Positions 1 through 8,982 of a stretch of DNA of 64,000 bases are shown here, one piece after another. The notes beneath the pieces are model-generated. The model did no database searches, had not been told where the DNA came from, and saw nothing but the letters and a program-made list of their open reading frames with translations. The translations under genes and the position numbers were made by a program. Source of the stretch: Rickettsiaceae bacterium (GTDB taxonomy: Bacteria; Pseudomonadota; Alphaproteobacteria; Rickettsiales; UBA1997); the NCBI GenBank assembly GCA_021323225.1, contig JAJTCH010000003.1:96141-160140 (forward strand), given 5' to 3'. Position 1 is the first letter of the stretch, and every line of letters starts with the position of its first letter.

Positions 1-2
1 AA

Positions 3-170
3 TTTGCTAAACCTGCCGTTAAAAAAGACGAAGAAGAACCATCTGAAGAAGTTGCACAAAAGGCAGAACCAAAAGAAAGCAAACCAGCAAAACCGACTGC
101 TGATAAAAAAGCTGATGTAAAGAAAAAGCCTGCGGCTAAAGCTCCGGCTAAAAAAACGACTAAAAAATAA
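3..170 (+). CDS. 3' end of a gene cut by the window edge. It has a Lys/Ala/Pro-rich tail and may be ribosomal protein S2, judging only from its position upstream of tsf.
   Basis: Frame 3 is open from the window edge to TAA at 168-170 (..KKADVKKKPAAKAPAKKTTKK*). Identity is suggested only by the usual rpsB-tsf synteny. Confidence 0.35.
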   Translation, partial: FAKPAVKKDEEEPSEEVAQKAEPKESKPAKPTADKKADVKKKPAAKAPAKKTTKK

Positions 171-177
171 AATAAAA

Positions 178-209
178 TTGTCCTATCTGGCTCAAGCTAG
201 ATAGGACAA
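178..209 (+). terminator. Hairpin downstream of the truncated upstream gene
   Basis: Perfect 11-bp stem ttgtcctatct / agataggacaa with a 10-nt loop, followed by ttt. Confidence 0.45.
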
Positions 210-238
210 TTTCCTGATCAATTTAAAAAATTCAAGTT

Positions 239-1159
239 ATGGCAGATTTAGCATTAATTAAAAAACTTCGTGAAACAACAGGGTGTGGCATTGCTGATTG
301 CAACAAAGCCCTTGCGGAAAATGGCGATGATTTTGAAAAATCAGTTGATTGGCTTAGAAAAAAAGGCCTTTCAGCAGCAGTTAAAAAAGGCGGCAGAATT
401 ACCTCTGAAGGTCTTGTTGCAGTTGCAATTAAAGGCTCAGACGGAGTGATTTTGGAAGTGAATTCTGAAACCGACTTTGTAGCTAGAAACCAAAAATTCC
501 AGGATTTTGTTAAAGCCCTTGCCAGTGTTTCTTTCGGCTGCGGTTCTGATGTTGAAAAACTTAAGGCTTCTAACTATCCAAATTCATCTATCGCTGTTGA
601 TGAAGAATTGAAAAACCAAATTGGTGTGATTGGAGAAAATATCAATATCAGAAGAGTTGATAACCTATCCGTTAAAAATGGTTCAATCGTTAGCTATATC
701 CATAGTGCAGTTGCTCCAAACCTTGGCAAAATTGCCGTTTTGGTCGCTATTGAATCCGCAGGAGATAAAGCTAAATTGGAAGAATTAGGGAAGCAAATTG
801 CGATGCATATTGCTGCTGCAAAGCCTGATGTTCTTACGATTGAATCAGTTAGTGCTGATAAGTTAAAAAGAGAAATGGAGATTTTGAAAGAAAAGGCAAA
901 AGCTTCCGGTAAGCCAGACAATATTATTGAAAAAATGATGGAAGGTCAGGTTAGAAAATATTATGAAGAAGTCGTTTTGCTTGAGCAAAATTTTGTTATG
1001 GATGACAAAGTTAAAATCAAAGATTTGCTTAAAAATTTCAGTAAAGAAATTGGTTCTGAGACCAATATTTCCGGCTTCAAACTTTTCATTCTTGGTGAAG
1101 GAATTGAAAAGAAAGAAAATGATTTTGCCGCTGAAGTTGCTTCAATGACTAAGCAATAA
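239..1159 (+). CDS. tsf: Elongation factor Ts
   Basis: N-terminus ..IKKLRETTGCGIADCNKAL.. and the TDFVARN motif are typical of EF-Ts. Synteny with pyrH-frr supports the call. Confidence 0.95.
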   Translation: MADLALIKKLRETTGCGIADCNKALAENGDDFEKSVDWLRKKGLSAAVKKGGRITSEGLVAVAIKGSDGVILEVNSETDFVARNQKFQDFVKALASVSFGCGSDVEKLKASNYPNSSIAVDEELKNQIGVIGENINIRRVDNLSVKNGSIVSYIHSAVAPNLGKIAVLVAIESAGDKAKLEELGKQIAMHIAAAKPDVLTIESVSADKLKREMEILKEKAKASGKPDNIIEKMMEGQVRKYYEEVVLLEQNFVMDDKVKIKDLLKNFSKEIGSETNISGFKLFILGEGIEKKENDFAAEVASMTKQ

Positions 1160-1198
1160 TTCGTTACTTAACCTTTAACGCAATCCAAATCAGGACGC

Positions 1199-1903
1199 AT
1201 GAATTACAAGAGAATTCTCTTCAAAGTATCGGGCGAAGCGATGATGGGCGATAAAGGTTTTGGCCATGATCCAATTGCCATATCTCGCATTTGTAATCAA
1301 ATCATCAATGCAGCAAAAGAAGGTTGCCAGATTTGTATTGTGGTTGGTGGCGGTAATATTTTTCGTGGCGTTTCTGCTTCTGCCGCTGGCATGGAGCGCG
1401 CCAGTGCCGATTATATGGGCATGCTTGCCACCTGCATTAATGGCTTGGCTCTACAAAGCGCTTTAGAAAAAGCCGGTGTTGCAACCAGAATGCAATCCGC
1501 CATCCATATGGAAAGCATTTGCGAGCCATATATCAAAAGAAGAGCAGTTAGACATCTAGAAAAGGGCAGGGTAGTGATTTTTGCTGCCGGCACCGGAAAC
1601 CCGTTTTTTACCACTGACACTGCTGCAGTTTTGAGGGCGATTGAAACTGGTTGCGATGCTATTTTTAAAGGCACGCAAGTTGATGGCGTTTATTCTGCTG
1701 ATCCAAAAACCACTCCTGATGCAACTCGTTATGACCGCTTAAGCTATCGCGATGTTATCAAGCAAGATTTGAAAGTAATGGATCAAACCGCAATTACTTT
1801 GGCAAAAGACAATAAATTGCCGATTGTGGTTTTTTCAATCAAGAGTGAGAATGCTTTGCAAGATGTAATTAACTCGCAAGGCAAGTTCACAATTATCAAC
1901 TAA
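1199..1903 (+). CDS. pyrH: UMP kinase
   Basis: Motifs [21 protein letters not shown] and [13 protein letters not shown] are present. Confidence 0.95.
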   Translation: MNYKRILFKVSGEAMMGDKGFGHDPIAISRICNQIINAAKEGCQICIVVGGGNIFRGVSASAAGMERASADYMGMLATCINGLALQSALEKAGVATRMQSAIHMESICEPYIKRRAVRHLEKGRVVIFAAGTGNPFFTTDTAAVLRAIETGCDAIFKGTQVDGVYSADPKTTPDATRYDRLSYRDVIKQDLKVMDQTAITLAKDNKLPIVVFSIKSENALQDVINSQGKFTIIN

Positions 1904-1917
1904 ATTCACAAACTTAT

Positions 1918-2475
1918 ATGATTAACGACCTATCAAATAAGGCTAGAAAGAAGATGGATGACATCATGTCTTTTTTAAAAAAAGATCTTGATAGCATCAG
2001 CACCGGCAGAGCGAATCCGTCTTTGCTTGATGCTGTTAGAGTTGAGGCCTATGGCAGTTTTATGCCAATTTCACAAGTTGCCAATGTTTCTACCCCTGAT
2101 GCTTCAACAATTTTGGTTCAGGCCTGGGACAAATCTATGGTTAAGCCAATTGAAAAAGGAATCGTAAATTCTAATCTTGGATTTAACCCGATGATTGATG
2201 GCCAAACCTTGCGCATCACTATTCCAAAACTTAGCGAAGAAAGACGTCGCGACCTTGTAAAACTGGCCAAGAAATATGGTGAAGATAAAAAAGTAGCGGT
2301 TAGAAATTCCAGAAGAGATATTTTGGATGATTTTAAAAAACAGGAAAAAGAGCTTGGAATTTCCAAAGATGATGCCCACTCTTTTGCTGACATCGTTCAA
2401 AAAATCACTGACGAATATGTTAAAAAAATTGATGATGCAGTTTTAGCTAAAGAAAAAGAGTTGATGAAAATCTAA
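1918..2475 (+). CDS. frr: Ribosome recycling factor
   Basis: 185 aa with TGRANPSLLD..V.AYG and IPKLSEERRRDLVK. Confidence 0.95.
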   Translation: MINDLSNKARKKMDDIMSFLKKDLDSISTGRANPSLLDAVRVEAYGSFMPISQVANVSTPDASTILVQAWDKSMVKPIEKGIVNSNLGFNPMIDGQTLRITIPKLSEERRRDLVKLAKKYGEDKKVAVRNSRRDILDDFKKQEKELGISKDDAHSFADIVQKITDEYVKKIDDAVLAKEKELMKI

Positions 2476-2482
2476 TTAGCTA

Positions 2483-3205
2483 ATGGTGTCTAATAGCCTT
2501 ACCATTCCAACCCATATTGCTGTTATAATGGATGGTAATGCCAGATGGGCGAAGTCAAAAAACCTGCCAACCGCTGCCGGCCACAAAGCCGGTTCCCAAG
2601 CAATCAAGACTCTGGTTAAATCCGCAATAGAATTCGGGGTTAAATATCTCACCATTTACGCTTTCTCTACAGAAAACTGGCAAAGACCAAAAGATGAAGT
2701 CAGCTATTTGATGCTTTTGCTTAAAGAATATTTGACGAAAGAAATTGATGAGTTGGTTAAAAATGATGTAAAAATTGTTGTCTCCGGCAATCTGCAAAAT
2801 GTTGAAAAATCTATAGTTGAAAAAATCAAAAAGATTGAAGAGCAAACTAAAGATAACAAGGCAATTTGCTTGAATGTAGCCTTTGATTATGGCTCTCGCC
2901 AGGAAATTGTCGATGGACTAAAAAGAATAATAGTTGACATCCAAAAGGGGAAAGTTAGCTTTGATCAAATTGACCAGTCCTTGGTCAGTCAAAATCTTTA
3001 TCAACCACAGATTCCCGATCCTGACATTCTTATTAGAACTGCCGGTGAGTTGCGCCTGAGTAATTTTTTACTTTGGCAACTTGCCTATACCGAGCTTTAT
3101 TTTACTGAAAAATTTTGGCCGGACTTTTCTAAGCAGGATTTGGAAAATGCCATTTTGGATTTCAATCAAAGAAAACGTAATTATGGAAAAAGACTTGAAA
3201 AATAA
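2483..3205 (+). CDS. uppS: Undecaprenyl (isoprenyl) diphosphate synthase
   Basis: Motifs HIAVIMDGNARWA, YAFSTENWQRP and RTAGELRLSNFLLWQLAYTELYF are present. Confidence 0.9.
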   Translation: MVSNSLTIPTHIAVIMDGNARWAKSKNLPTAAGHKAGSQAIKTLVKSAIEFGVKYLTIYAFSTENWQRPKDEVSYLMLLLKEYLTKEIDELVKNDVKIVVSGNLQNVEKSIVEKIKKIEEQTKDNKAICLNVAFDYGSRQEIVDGLKRIIVDIQKGKVSFDQIDQSLVSQNLYQPQIPDPDILIRTAGELRLSNFLLWQLAYTELYFTEKFWPDFSKQDLENAILDFNQRKRNYGKRLEK

Positions 3206-3950
3206 TCATTTAAATAAAGCTTCTCAAATTGCTTGCGGTTGCACTAAAAAGATCAGCGGCTTGTTTGATGCAATGGTAGCGCGCATGAGCAGATTTGACG
3301 ATTCTTCCGACCTTAAAACCAGAACTATCTCTGGTTTTGTTATGTTTTTTGTGGGCATTCTTGCCATTTGTTTTTTTAAAGGCCTATTTTATTTGTTGGT
3401 AATTGCTATCACTATTCTTATGACCTATGAATGGATTGAGTTAACCAAACCTGCTAAAGATAAACAAAAATGGCAGTTGATTGGTTTTTTCTATATTTTA
3501 TTGCCTATGGCTGCAGTTTTAAAACTGAGAGAAATTGACTCGGGTATTGTGCTTTGGATGTTTTCGGTAATCTGCGCAACTGATATTTTTGCTTATTTTG
3601 CCGGCAAGAATTTCGGCGGTGCAAAATTAATGCCTTCTGTTAGCCCGAATAAAACCTGGTCTGGTCTATGGGGAGGCGTTGCTGCCAGTATGGTGATTGG
3701 TTTTTTAAGCTCATTCATGTTTAGTGGCGGTATGGTTTTCTTCATCTTTATCAGCGCTGTGTTGTCTATTATTGAGCAATGTAGTGATCTTTTGGAATCA
3801 AAATTCAAAAGAACTTTTGGTGTGAAAGATTCAGGAAATATCATCCCTGGCCATGGCGGCGTTCTTGATCGTTTTGACGGTTTAATGTTGGTTGCCCCTA
3901 TCGTTCTTCTTCTAGTCTGGTTCTGCTATCCTAGCTTTATTGCAAAATAA
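3183..3950 (+). CDS. cdsA: Phosphatidate cytidylyltransferase. The start is chosen at the ATG overlapping the uppS stop; 3273 is an alternative.
   Basis: Multi-TM protein with the CdsA C-terminal signature SxxKRxxGVKDSGNIIPGHGGVLDRFD. The track ORF start at 3081 overlaps uppS and is probably an over-extension. Confidence 0.8.
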   Translation: MEKDLKNNHLNKASQIACGCTKKISGLFDAMVARMSRFDDSSDLKTRTISGFVMFFVGILAICFFKGLFYLLVIAITILMTYEWIELTKPAKDKQKWQLIGFFYILLPMAAVLKLREIDSGIVLWMFSVICATDIFAYFAGKNFGGAKLMPSVSPNKTWSGLWGGVAASMVIGFLSSFMFSGGMVFFIFISAVLSIIEQCSDLLESKFKRTFGVKDSGNIIPGHGGVLDRFDGLMLVAPIVLLLVWFCYPSFIAK

Positions 3951-3957
3951 ATTAAAA

Positions 3958-3987
3958 GTTACGCTTGAGGTTTTTCTCAAGCGTAAC
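3958..3987. terminator. Hairpin between the convergent cdsA and the 390-aa gene
   Basis: 12-bp stem gttacgcttgag / ctcaagcgtaac with loop gttttt. On the minus strand it is followed by ttttaat. Confidence 0.5.
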
Positions 3988-3993
3988 ACTAAT

Positions 3994-5166
3994 CTAATAA
4001 TTAAGTGCCAAGGCGGCAATTTTTTCCAAATCGAGCTTCATAAATAACTTATAATTATTCAGCAATTTTTGTTTTTTGAGGGAATAATTTGTTCGTTCCA
4101 AAGTTTGAACAATTGTCACTACCAAATCGTCAGAAATTTTTCCTTCATTTTGTTTAGCATAACACATCAAAGCCAGCCTTAGATAGATATATTGCACCGC
4201 TATCAAAACCAGCTCATCTTTAATATCAGAAAAATAACAGGCGATTGGAAATAGGGTTTCTGTCAATTTTGCTTTTAGATAATTTTTCAAAATTTTATCC
4301 ATCGATTCCTTGGCTCCTTGCTCCCAGCTTTCTTTTATCTGGGCATAATTTTTGGCCTCGGAATAAATCAGATTTGTCACTTCTTCATATTTAATCCTTT
4401 TGCTTCTGTCGCTGGTTAATTCTCTTAGCCCTGCAAGTAGGTTATCAAGACTATTTTGCAGGTTAAAACCATTGTTTTTAGCTTCTTGCAATTTCTCGTC
4501 AATATCGCCGATTGAGGCTTGGTTTAATATTTCTTCCACTGAATTTATCCATTCAGCTTGGTTGACTTTATTTAACTTAATGGTGCTGATGATGAGCTTT
4601 ACCAAGGTTTCATCGGCGCTATTTTGCCAATTATCAATCGCTTTTAAAAACTGGTTGCAAACCCCGACTATATTTTCCGGGCTTTGTTCTGCAAAGGATG
4701 AACGGGTTAGATCGGAGATGTAGGAATTCATTCTTTCTGGCTGAACTTCATTCCACTGATAGCCATCTTTGGCCAAGATTGCGTGCTTGGCACTTTCCGG
4801 ACAGCCGATATTTGATGTCATGTAAACATCATTTTTAAATCGCTTGTAACTCCTTGGATATGAATAGCAAATATCCGGCAAAAATCTTGGCCCATATTCT
4901 TTCTGGATTTTGCAAAGCTTGTCCGCGCCAAGTGCAATGCAAGTGTTGGTGTTGTCATTACCGGTTTGGTTTTTAATCATCTTAACTTCTCCGCTAACTT
5001 CTTCTGTTAGTTTTAAAATTTCCGGCGCTTCTTTTTCAAAAAGATTTTTAGTGTTAGGGTCAACCGAGACTGACCATCTGGTGCAACAGTCATCCGGGCA
5101 TTTATCTGCCTGGCATTTGAAATCTGACAAATAGGAAATTTGTTTTACTGAATTGAACTTTTCCAA
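3994..5166 (-). CDS. FliB-like (flagellin lysine-N-methylase family) Cys-cluster protein
   Basis: The N-terminal FKCQADKCPDDCCTRWSVSVD resembles the FliB/CxxCxxCC metal-chelating signature as I recall it. The rest of the protein is unrecognised. Confidence 0.4.
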   Translation of the reverse strand: MEKFNSVKQISYLSDFKCQADKCPDDCCTRWSVSVDPNTKNLFEKEAPEILKLTEEVSGEVKMIKNQTGNDNTNTCIALGADKLCKIQKEYGPRFLPDICYSYPRSYKRFKNDVYMTSNIGCPESAKHAILAKDGYQWNEVQPERMNSYISDLTRSSFAEQSPENIVGVCNQFLKAIDNWQNSADETLVKLIISTIKLNKVNQAEWINSVEEILNQASIGDIDEKLQEAKNNGFNLQNSLDNLLAGLRELTSDRSKRIKYEEVTNLIYSEAKNYAQIKESWEQGAKESMDKILKNYLKAKLTETLFPIACYFSDIKDELVLIAVQYIYLRLALMCYAKQNEGKISDDLVVTIVQTLERTNYSLKKQKLLNNYKLFMKLDLEKIAALALNY

Positions 5167-5186
5167 GGTAGTATATATTGAAGTTA

Positions 5187-5921
5187 TTAATGTTGATGGT
5201 CGTGATGATGAGAATATATTGCAATATTGTCAATCTTGTTATTGCCAAACAGTGATAAATATTCCGGATGGTTATTAATTGATTCCGGGCTGCCTTCGCA
5301 GCAAATATGGTGATTAACGCAAATTACCTGGTTGGTTTTTTGCATAACGATGTGCAAGTCGTGAGAAATTATCAAAACTGCACAATGTTTTTGTGTCCTA
5401 ATCTCTTCAATAATTTGGTAAAATTCTGCCTGGGCGGCGATATCCATATATTGAGTTGGTTCGTCTAAAACCAATAGATCCGGATTGTTTATGAGGCTTC
5501 GAACCAGAGAAACTTTTTGCAATTGTCCGCCGGAAATTTCATGGATTGATTTTTCTAAAATATTTTCGATATTGAGTTTTTTAGAAAATTTCTTGATTTC
5601 CTCTTGAGCTTTGCCTGGATTGGCGTGATTCAAATTTAAAAAATCAATTACCTTAAGCGGAATAGTTTTTTCAATTTCCAACTTCTGCGGCATATAACCA
5701 ATCCTGGCTTTTTTACTGATAAAAACTTTCCCCGAATCCGGTTTTAATATACCAATCAAAATGCGCGCAATAGAAGTTTTTCCACCGCCATTTGGCCCAA
5801 TCAAAGTAGTGATCTCGCCTTTTTTTAGCTCCAGATTGATGTTTTTTAGAATTTTCTGGTTATTTAAACTTAAGGAAATACCTTTCAAACTGACTAATGC
5901 AGGGCCTTCTTTTGCTATCAC
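5187..5921 (-). CDS. znuC: ABC transporter ATPase, ZnuC-like metal importer
   Basis: Walker A GPNGGGKT, signature SGGQLQ, Walker B LLVLDEP, His-rich C-terminus HHHDHQH. It is divergent from a ZnuA-like binding-protein gene. Confidence 0.7.
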   Translation of the reverse strand: MIAKEGPALVSLKGISLSLNNQKILKNINLELKKGEITTLIGPNGGGKTSIARILIGILKPDSGKVFISKKARIGYMPQKLEIEKTIPLKVIDFLNLNHANPGKAQEEIKKFSKKLNIENILEKSIHEISGGQLQKVSLVRSLINNPDLLVLDEPTQYMDIAAQAEFYQIIEEIRTQKHCAVLIISHDLHIVMQKTNQVICVNHHICCEGSPESINNHPEYLSLFGNNKIDNIAIYSHHHDHQH

Positions 5922-5936
5922 AGTACCAATAATTTT

Positions 5937-6929
5937 ATGAATAATTTTTTAAGAATTTTGCTCTTTTGTTTGATTTGTACCAAACAATCTTTTGCCGATC
6001 AAGCATTGAAAATACCTCCAAAAATTGCCAGCTCTATCAATCCCGTTTACCAAATCGCCAAATTTATAAGTGGCCGCGAAGAAGACAATTCATTATTGCT
6101 TAATGTCAATTTGCCGGTGCTGGGCTATAATTTTAGATCTTCCGGTGAGTTTGGGCATCTTGCAAATATTGATGTGGTTTTCTATATCAGTGACGAATTG
6201 GAAGCTAATTTATCCGGCGATTTTTTTGTACTTCAAAAACGGCCAAAAATAGTTCAGCTGATTAAAGCAAAAAATATAAAATTAATTACTACCACTACCA
6301 GATTTGGCGGCAATGATGATCTTTATATTTGGATGGATCCGCAAAATGCCATTGCCATGGCTTCAGAAATTGCTGATATTTTATCTGATCTTTACCCGCC
6401 TAGTGCCAATATATATAAAAAAAATTTAGAGCGGTTTAAAGAAGATATTAAAACTATGGATCAAAAAAATATTGCTGCCTTGGCTGGTGTAAATCCAAAG
6501 AGCTTTATTTTTGACCAAAATGTCACTGCATATTTTGAAAGATATTATAATTTGCCGGCAGCAGCTGTAATAAGAAATAGGCCAGATGAAGTTTTAAGCC
6601 AAAGATATATGGACGAAATTGATGGTTTGGTAAAACAAAAAAATATTTCTTGTATAGCAAGCGGATTCCGGGAAAGAAATATTGAAGCGTTATATCTTGC
6701 TCAAACCAACGGAATAAAATTTTCCATGATTGATGTGATGGGTTCTGGTTCGTTCTCTGGTCTTGGTTCTAAAGAGAATGGCTATGTAAAAATGATAAGT
6801 GATTTTGTCAGAGATTTGGCTGGTTGCGCAAAATATCAAGGTTGCGCGCCAAAAATAAGTGATGATGGAGATCTTTATGATTATGAAAAACAGAACACAA
6901 CATGCATGCTTCCTATTAAAGCGAAATAG
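5937..6929 (+). CDS. Periplasmic ZnuA/TroA-family solute-binding protein, atypical, copy 1
   Basis: It has a signal peptide. ASSINPVYQIA, DVVFYIS and YIWMDPQNA..MA..IA..L align by eye with ZnuA blocks. Confidence 0.65.
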   Translation: MNNFLRILLFCLICTKQSFADQALKIPPKIASSINPVYQIAKFISGREEDNSLLLNVNLPVLGYNFRSSGEFGHLANIDVVFYISDELEANLSGDFFVLQKRPKIVQLIKAKNIKLITTTTRFGGNDDLYIWMDPQNAIAMASEIADILSDLYPPSANIYKKNLERFKEDIKTMDQKNIAALAGVNPKSFIFDQNVTAYFERYYNLPAAAVIRNRPDEVLSQRYMDEIDGLVKQKNISCIASGFRERNIEALYLAQTNGIKFSMIDVMGSGSFSGLGSKENGYVKMISDFVRDLAGCAKYQGCAPKISDDGDLYDYEKQNTTCMLPIKAK

Positions 6930-6990
6930 CCAATTTAGTATTTATTGCTCACAAAACTAGGTCCTGGTTTTAACATCGGTTTTAAATTTG

Positions 6991-7070
6991 CTGGTTATTT
7001 AAACTTAAGTAAATACCTTCTAAAGGAGCTAGGATAGGCTCTTTTTTATAGTTACAATTTCAATATTTGT
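6991..7070. repeat. Degenerate copy of the znuC 5' end plus the divergent promoter region, carried along by the tandem duplication of the ZnuA-like gene
   Basis: ctggttatttaaacttaagtaaatacctt.. matches 5866-5936 (ctggttatttaaacttaaggaaatacctt..). Confidence 0.65.
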
Positions 7071-7967
7071 ATGAATAAATTTTTAAAAATCCTGTTTTTT
7101 TGCCTGATTTTTATCAAACAATCTCTTGCCGATCAAGCGTTGAGTAAGCCGCCAAAAATTGCCAGTTCTATCAATCCCGTTTACCAAATTGCTAAATTTA
7201 TAAGCGGCCGCGAACAAGACAATTCATTATTGGTTCATCCGTACTTCCCGCTATATGAGTATAATTTCAGGGCTTCCGGCGCTTTTGGTTCTCTTTCAAA
7301 TACTGATGTGGTTTTTTATATCAGCGATAATTTGGAGACCAATTTGTTAAGTAATTTATCCATATTGCAAAAACAGCCGAAAACAGTCCAGTTGATTAAA
7401 GCAAAAGGCATAAAATTATTGAGCATTAGCTCCAGATTTGGTGGCGGCAGTGATGACCCTTACATTTGGATGAACCCGCAAAATGCCATTGCCATGGCTT
7501 CAGAAATTGCCAATGTTTTATCGGCTCTCTATCCACCTAATTCCGAGATGTATAAAAAAAATTTAGAACAGTTTAAAGCTGATATTAAGGTGATGGACCA
7601 GAAAAATATTATTAACCTGGCAAAAGTGAAGCCAAAGAGTTTTATTCTTGATCAAAATGTCACTTCATATTTTGAAAAATATTACAATCTTCCGGCCGCA
7701 GCCGTGATTAGATATAAGCCGGATGAGGTCACCACCCAGTCTGATATTGCCATCATCAACGGCTTGATAAGGAAAGAAGGAGTCACTTGCGTAATGAGCG
7801 GACTTAGGGAAAAAAGTGTGATGGCATCATTTCTTGCCCAATCCAACAGAATAAATTTTCTATTGACTGATGTTATGGGTTCTGGCTCAAGTTCTAGCTC
7901 CAAGGAGAATGGCTATGTAAAAATGATGAGTGATTTTGTCAGAGATTTAGCTTCTTGTGCTAGTTAG
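7071..7967 (+). CDS. Periplasmic ZnuA/TroA-family solute-binding protein, atypical, copy 2 (tandem paralog)
   Basis: High identity to 5937..6929 along the whole length and the same signal peptide. Confidence 0.65.
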   Translation: MNKFLKILFFCLIFIKQSLADQALSKPPKIASSINPVYQIAKFISGREQDNSLLVHPYFPLYEYNFRASGAFGSLSNTDVVFYISDNLETNLLSNLSILQKQPKTVQLIKAKGIKLLSISSRFGGGSDDPYIWMNPQNAIAMASEIANVLSALYPPNSEMYKKNLEQFKADIKVMDQKNIINLAKVKPKSFILDQNVTSYFEKYYNLPAAAVIRYKPDEVTTQSDIAIINGLIRKEGVTCVMSGLREKSVMASFLAQSNRINFLLTDVMGSGSSSSSKENGYVKMMSDFVRDLASCAS

Positions 7968-8034
7968 TTCTTGACCTTAGAGTCCTATTAAATAAAATCC
8001 CGCCGCCTCCTTTAAAAAATTAGGCAAAGGTTGC

Positions 8035-8076
8035 GCCTAGTCGCTTCTCCCAAGGCGGCTAGGCTTCTATTTTTTC
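8035..8076 (+). terminator. Rho-independent-like terminator
   Basis: gcctagtcgc / gcggctaggc stem with one mismatch, followed by ttctattttttct. Confidence 0.5.
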
Positions 8077-8083
8077 TCCCCAA

Positions 8084-8791
8084 ATGATTATATATCCAGC
8101 CATTGATTTAAAAGACGGCAAATGCGTTCGCCTATATAAGGGTGATATGGCGCAGGTGACTATATTCAATGATTCTCCTGCCTCCCAAGCAAAATATTTT
8201 CAAGATCAAGGCTTTAAGTTTTTGCACATTGTTGACCTGGATGGTGCTATTATTGGCAGCTCAGCCAATGAAAAGTCAGTTAAAGAAATTCTCCAAGCCA
8301 TCACAATTCCCGCTCAATTAGGCGGTGGTATTAGAAATTTAGAAGCAATTGAAAAATGGCTTGTGCTGGGAATCAGCCGCGTCATTCTTGGTACCGTTGC
8401 TTTACAAAATTCTTACTTAGTCAAAGAAGCAGCAAAAAAATTTCCCGGAAAAATTGCAGTCGGCATTGATGCCAAAAACGGCATGGTTGCAACCCATGGT
8501 TGGCTTGAAGACTCTTCAACTTCTGTCATTGATCTAGCTAAAAAATTTGAAGATGCTGGCGTTGCAGCGATAATTTATACCGATATAAACCGTGACGGAA
8601 CAGGGCAAGGCGCCGATTTTGAAGGTACCAAAAAACTGGCGGAAAGCACTTCCATTCCGGTTATTGCTTCCGGCGGAATTGGCTCGATTGATGATGTGAT
8701 AAAAATCAAAGAGCTCAATATCAACGGCGTAATTGTTGGACGAGCTTTGTATGATAAGAAGATATTGCCTGAGCAGTTGATCGGTCTTTAG
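8084..8791 (+). CDS. hisA: ProFAR isomerase (HisA)
   Basis: Typical HisA N-terminus MIIYPAIDLKDGKCVRLYKGDM..LHIVDLDGA, plus the C-terminal GVIVGRALY. Confidence 0.85.
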   Translation: MIIYPAIDLKDGKCVRLYKGDMAQVTIFNDSPASQAKYFQDQGFKFLHIVDLDGAIIGSSANEKSVKEILQAITIPAQLGGGIRNLEAIEKWLVLGISRVILGTVALQNSYLVKEAAKKFPGKIAVGIDAKNGMVATHGWLEDSSTSVIDLAKKFEDAGVAAIIYTDINRDGTGQGADFEGTKKLAESTSIPVIASGGIGSIDDVIKIKELNINGVIVGRALYDKKILPEQLIGL

Positions 8792-8827
8792 TCCTACCTA
8801 GAGCATAATTCCAAACCCACTTGAATT

Positions 8828-8948
8828 TTCTGGATTGCCGCGTCAGGGCTAAAGCCCTTCCTCGTAGTGACGATGACGGAAGTTATGAGATAAATTCTCA
8901 ACCGTCATTGCGAGGAGCGTGTGCAGCCAGCAACGTGGCAATCCAGAA
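8828..8948. repeat. RPE/REP-like palindromic element with outer ends CTGGATTGCC
   Basis: ttctggattgccgcgtc..tgacgatgacgg / ccgtcattgcgaggagcg..caacgtggcaatccagaa. It is an imperfect inverted pair of a ~45-nt unit. Confidence 0.8.
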
Positions 8949-8982
8949 GAACTATTGTATGGAGTAGGAGAAGCCAGGAATG

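Noticed and set aside
3081-3182. Upstream extension of the cdsA ORF overlapping uppS by about 125 nt
   Set aside because: The extension has no CdsA-like sequence. The ATG at 3183 overlaps the uppS stop, which is the typical coupled arrangement.
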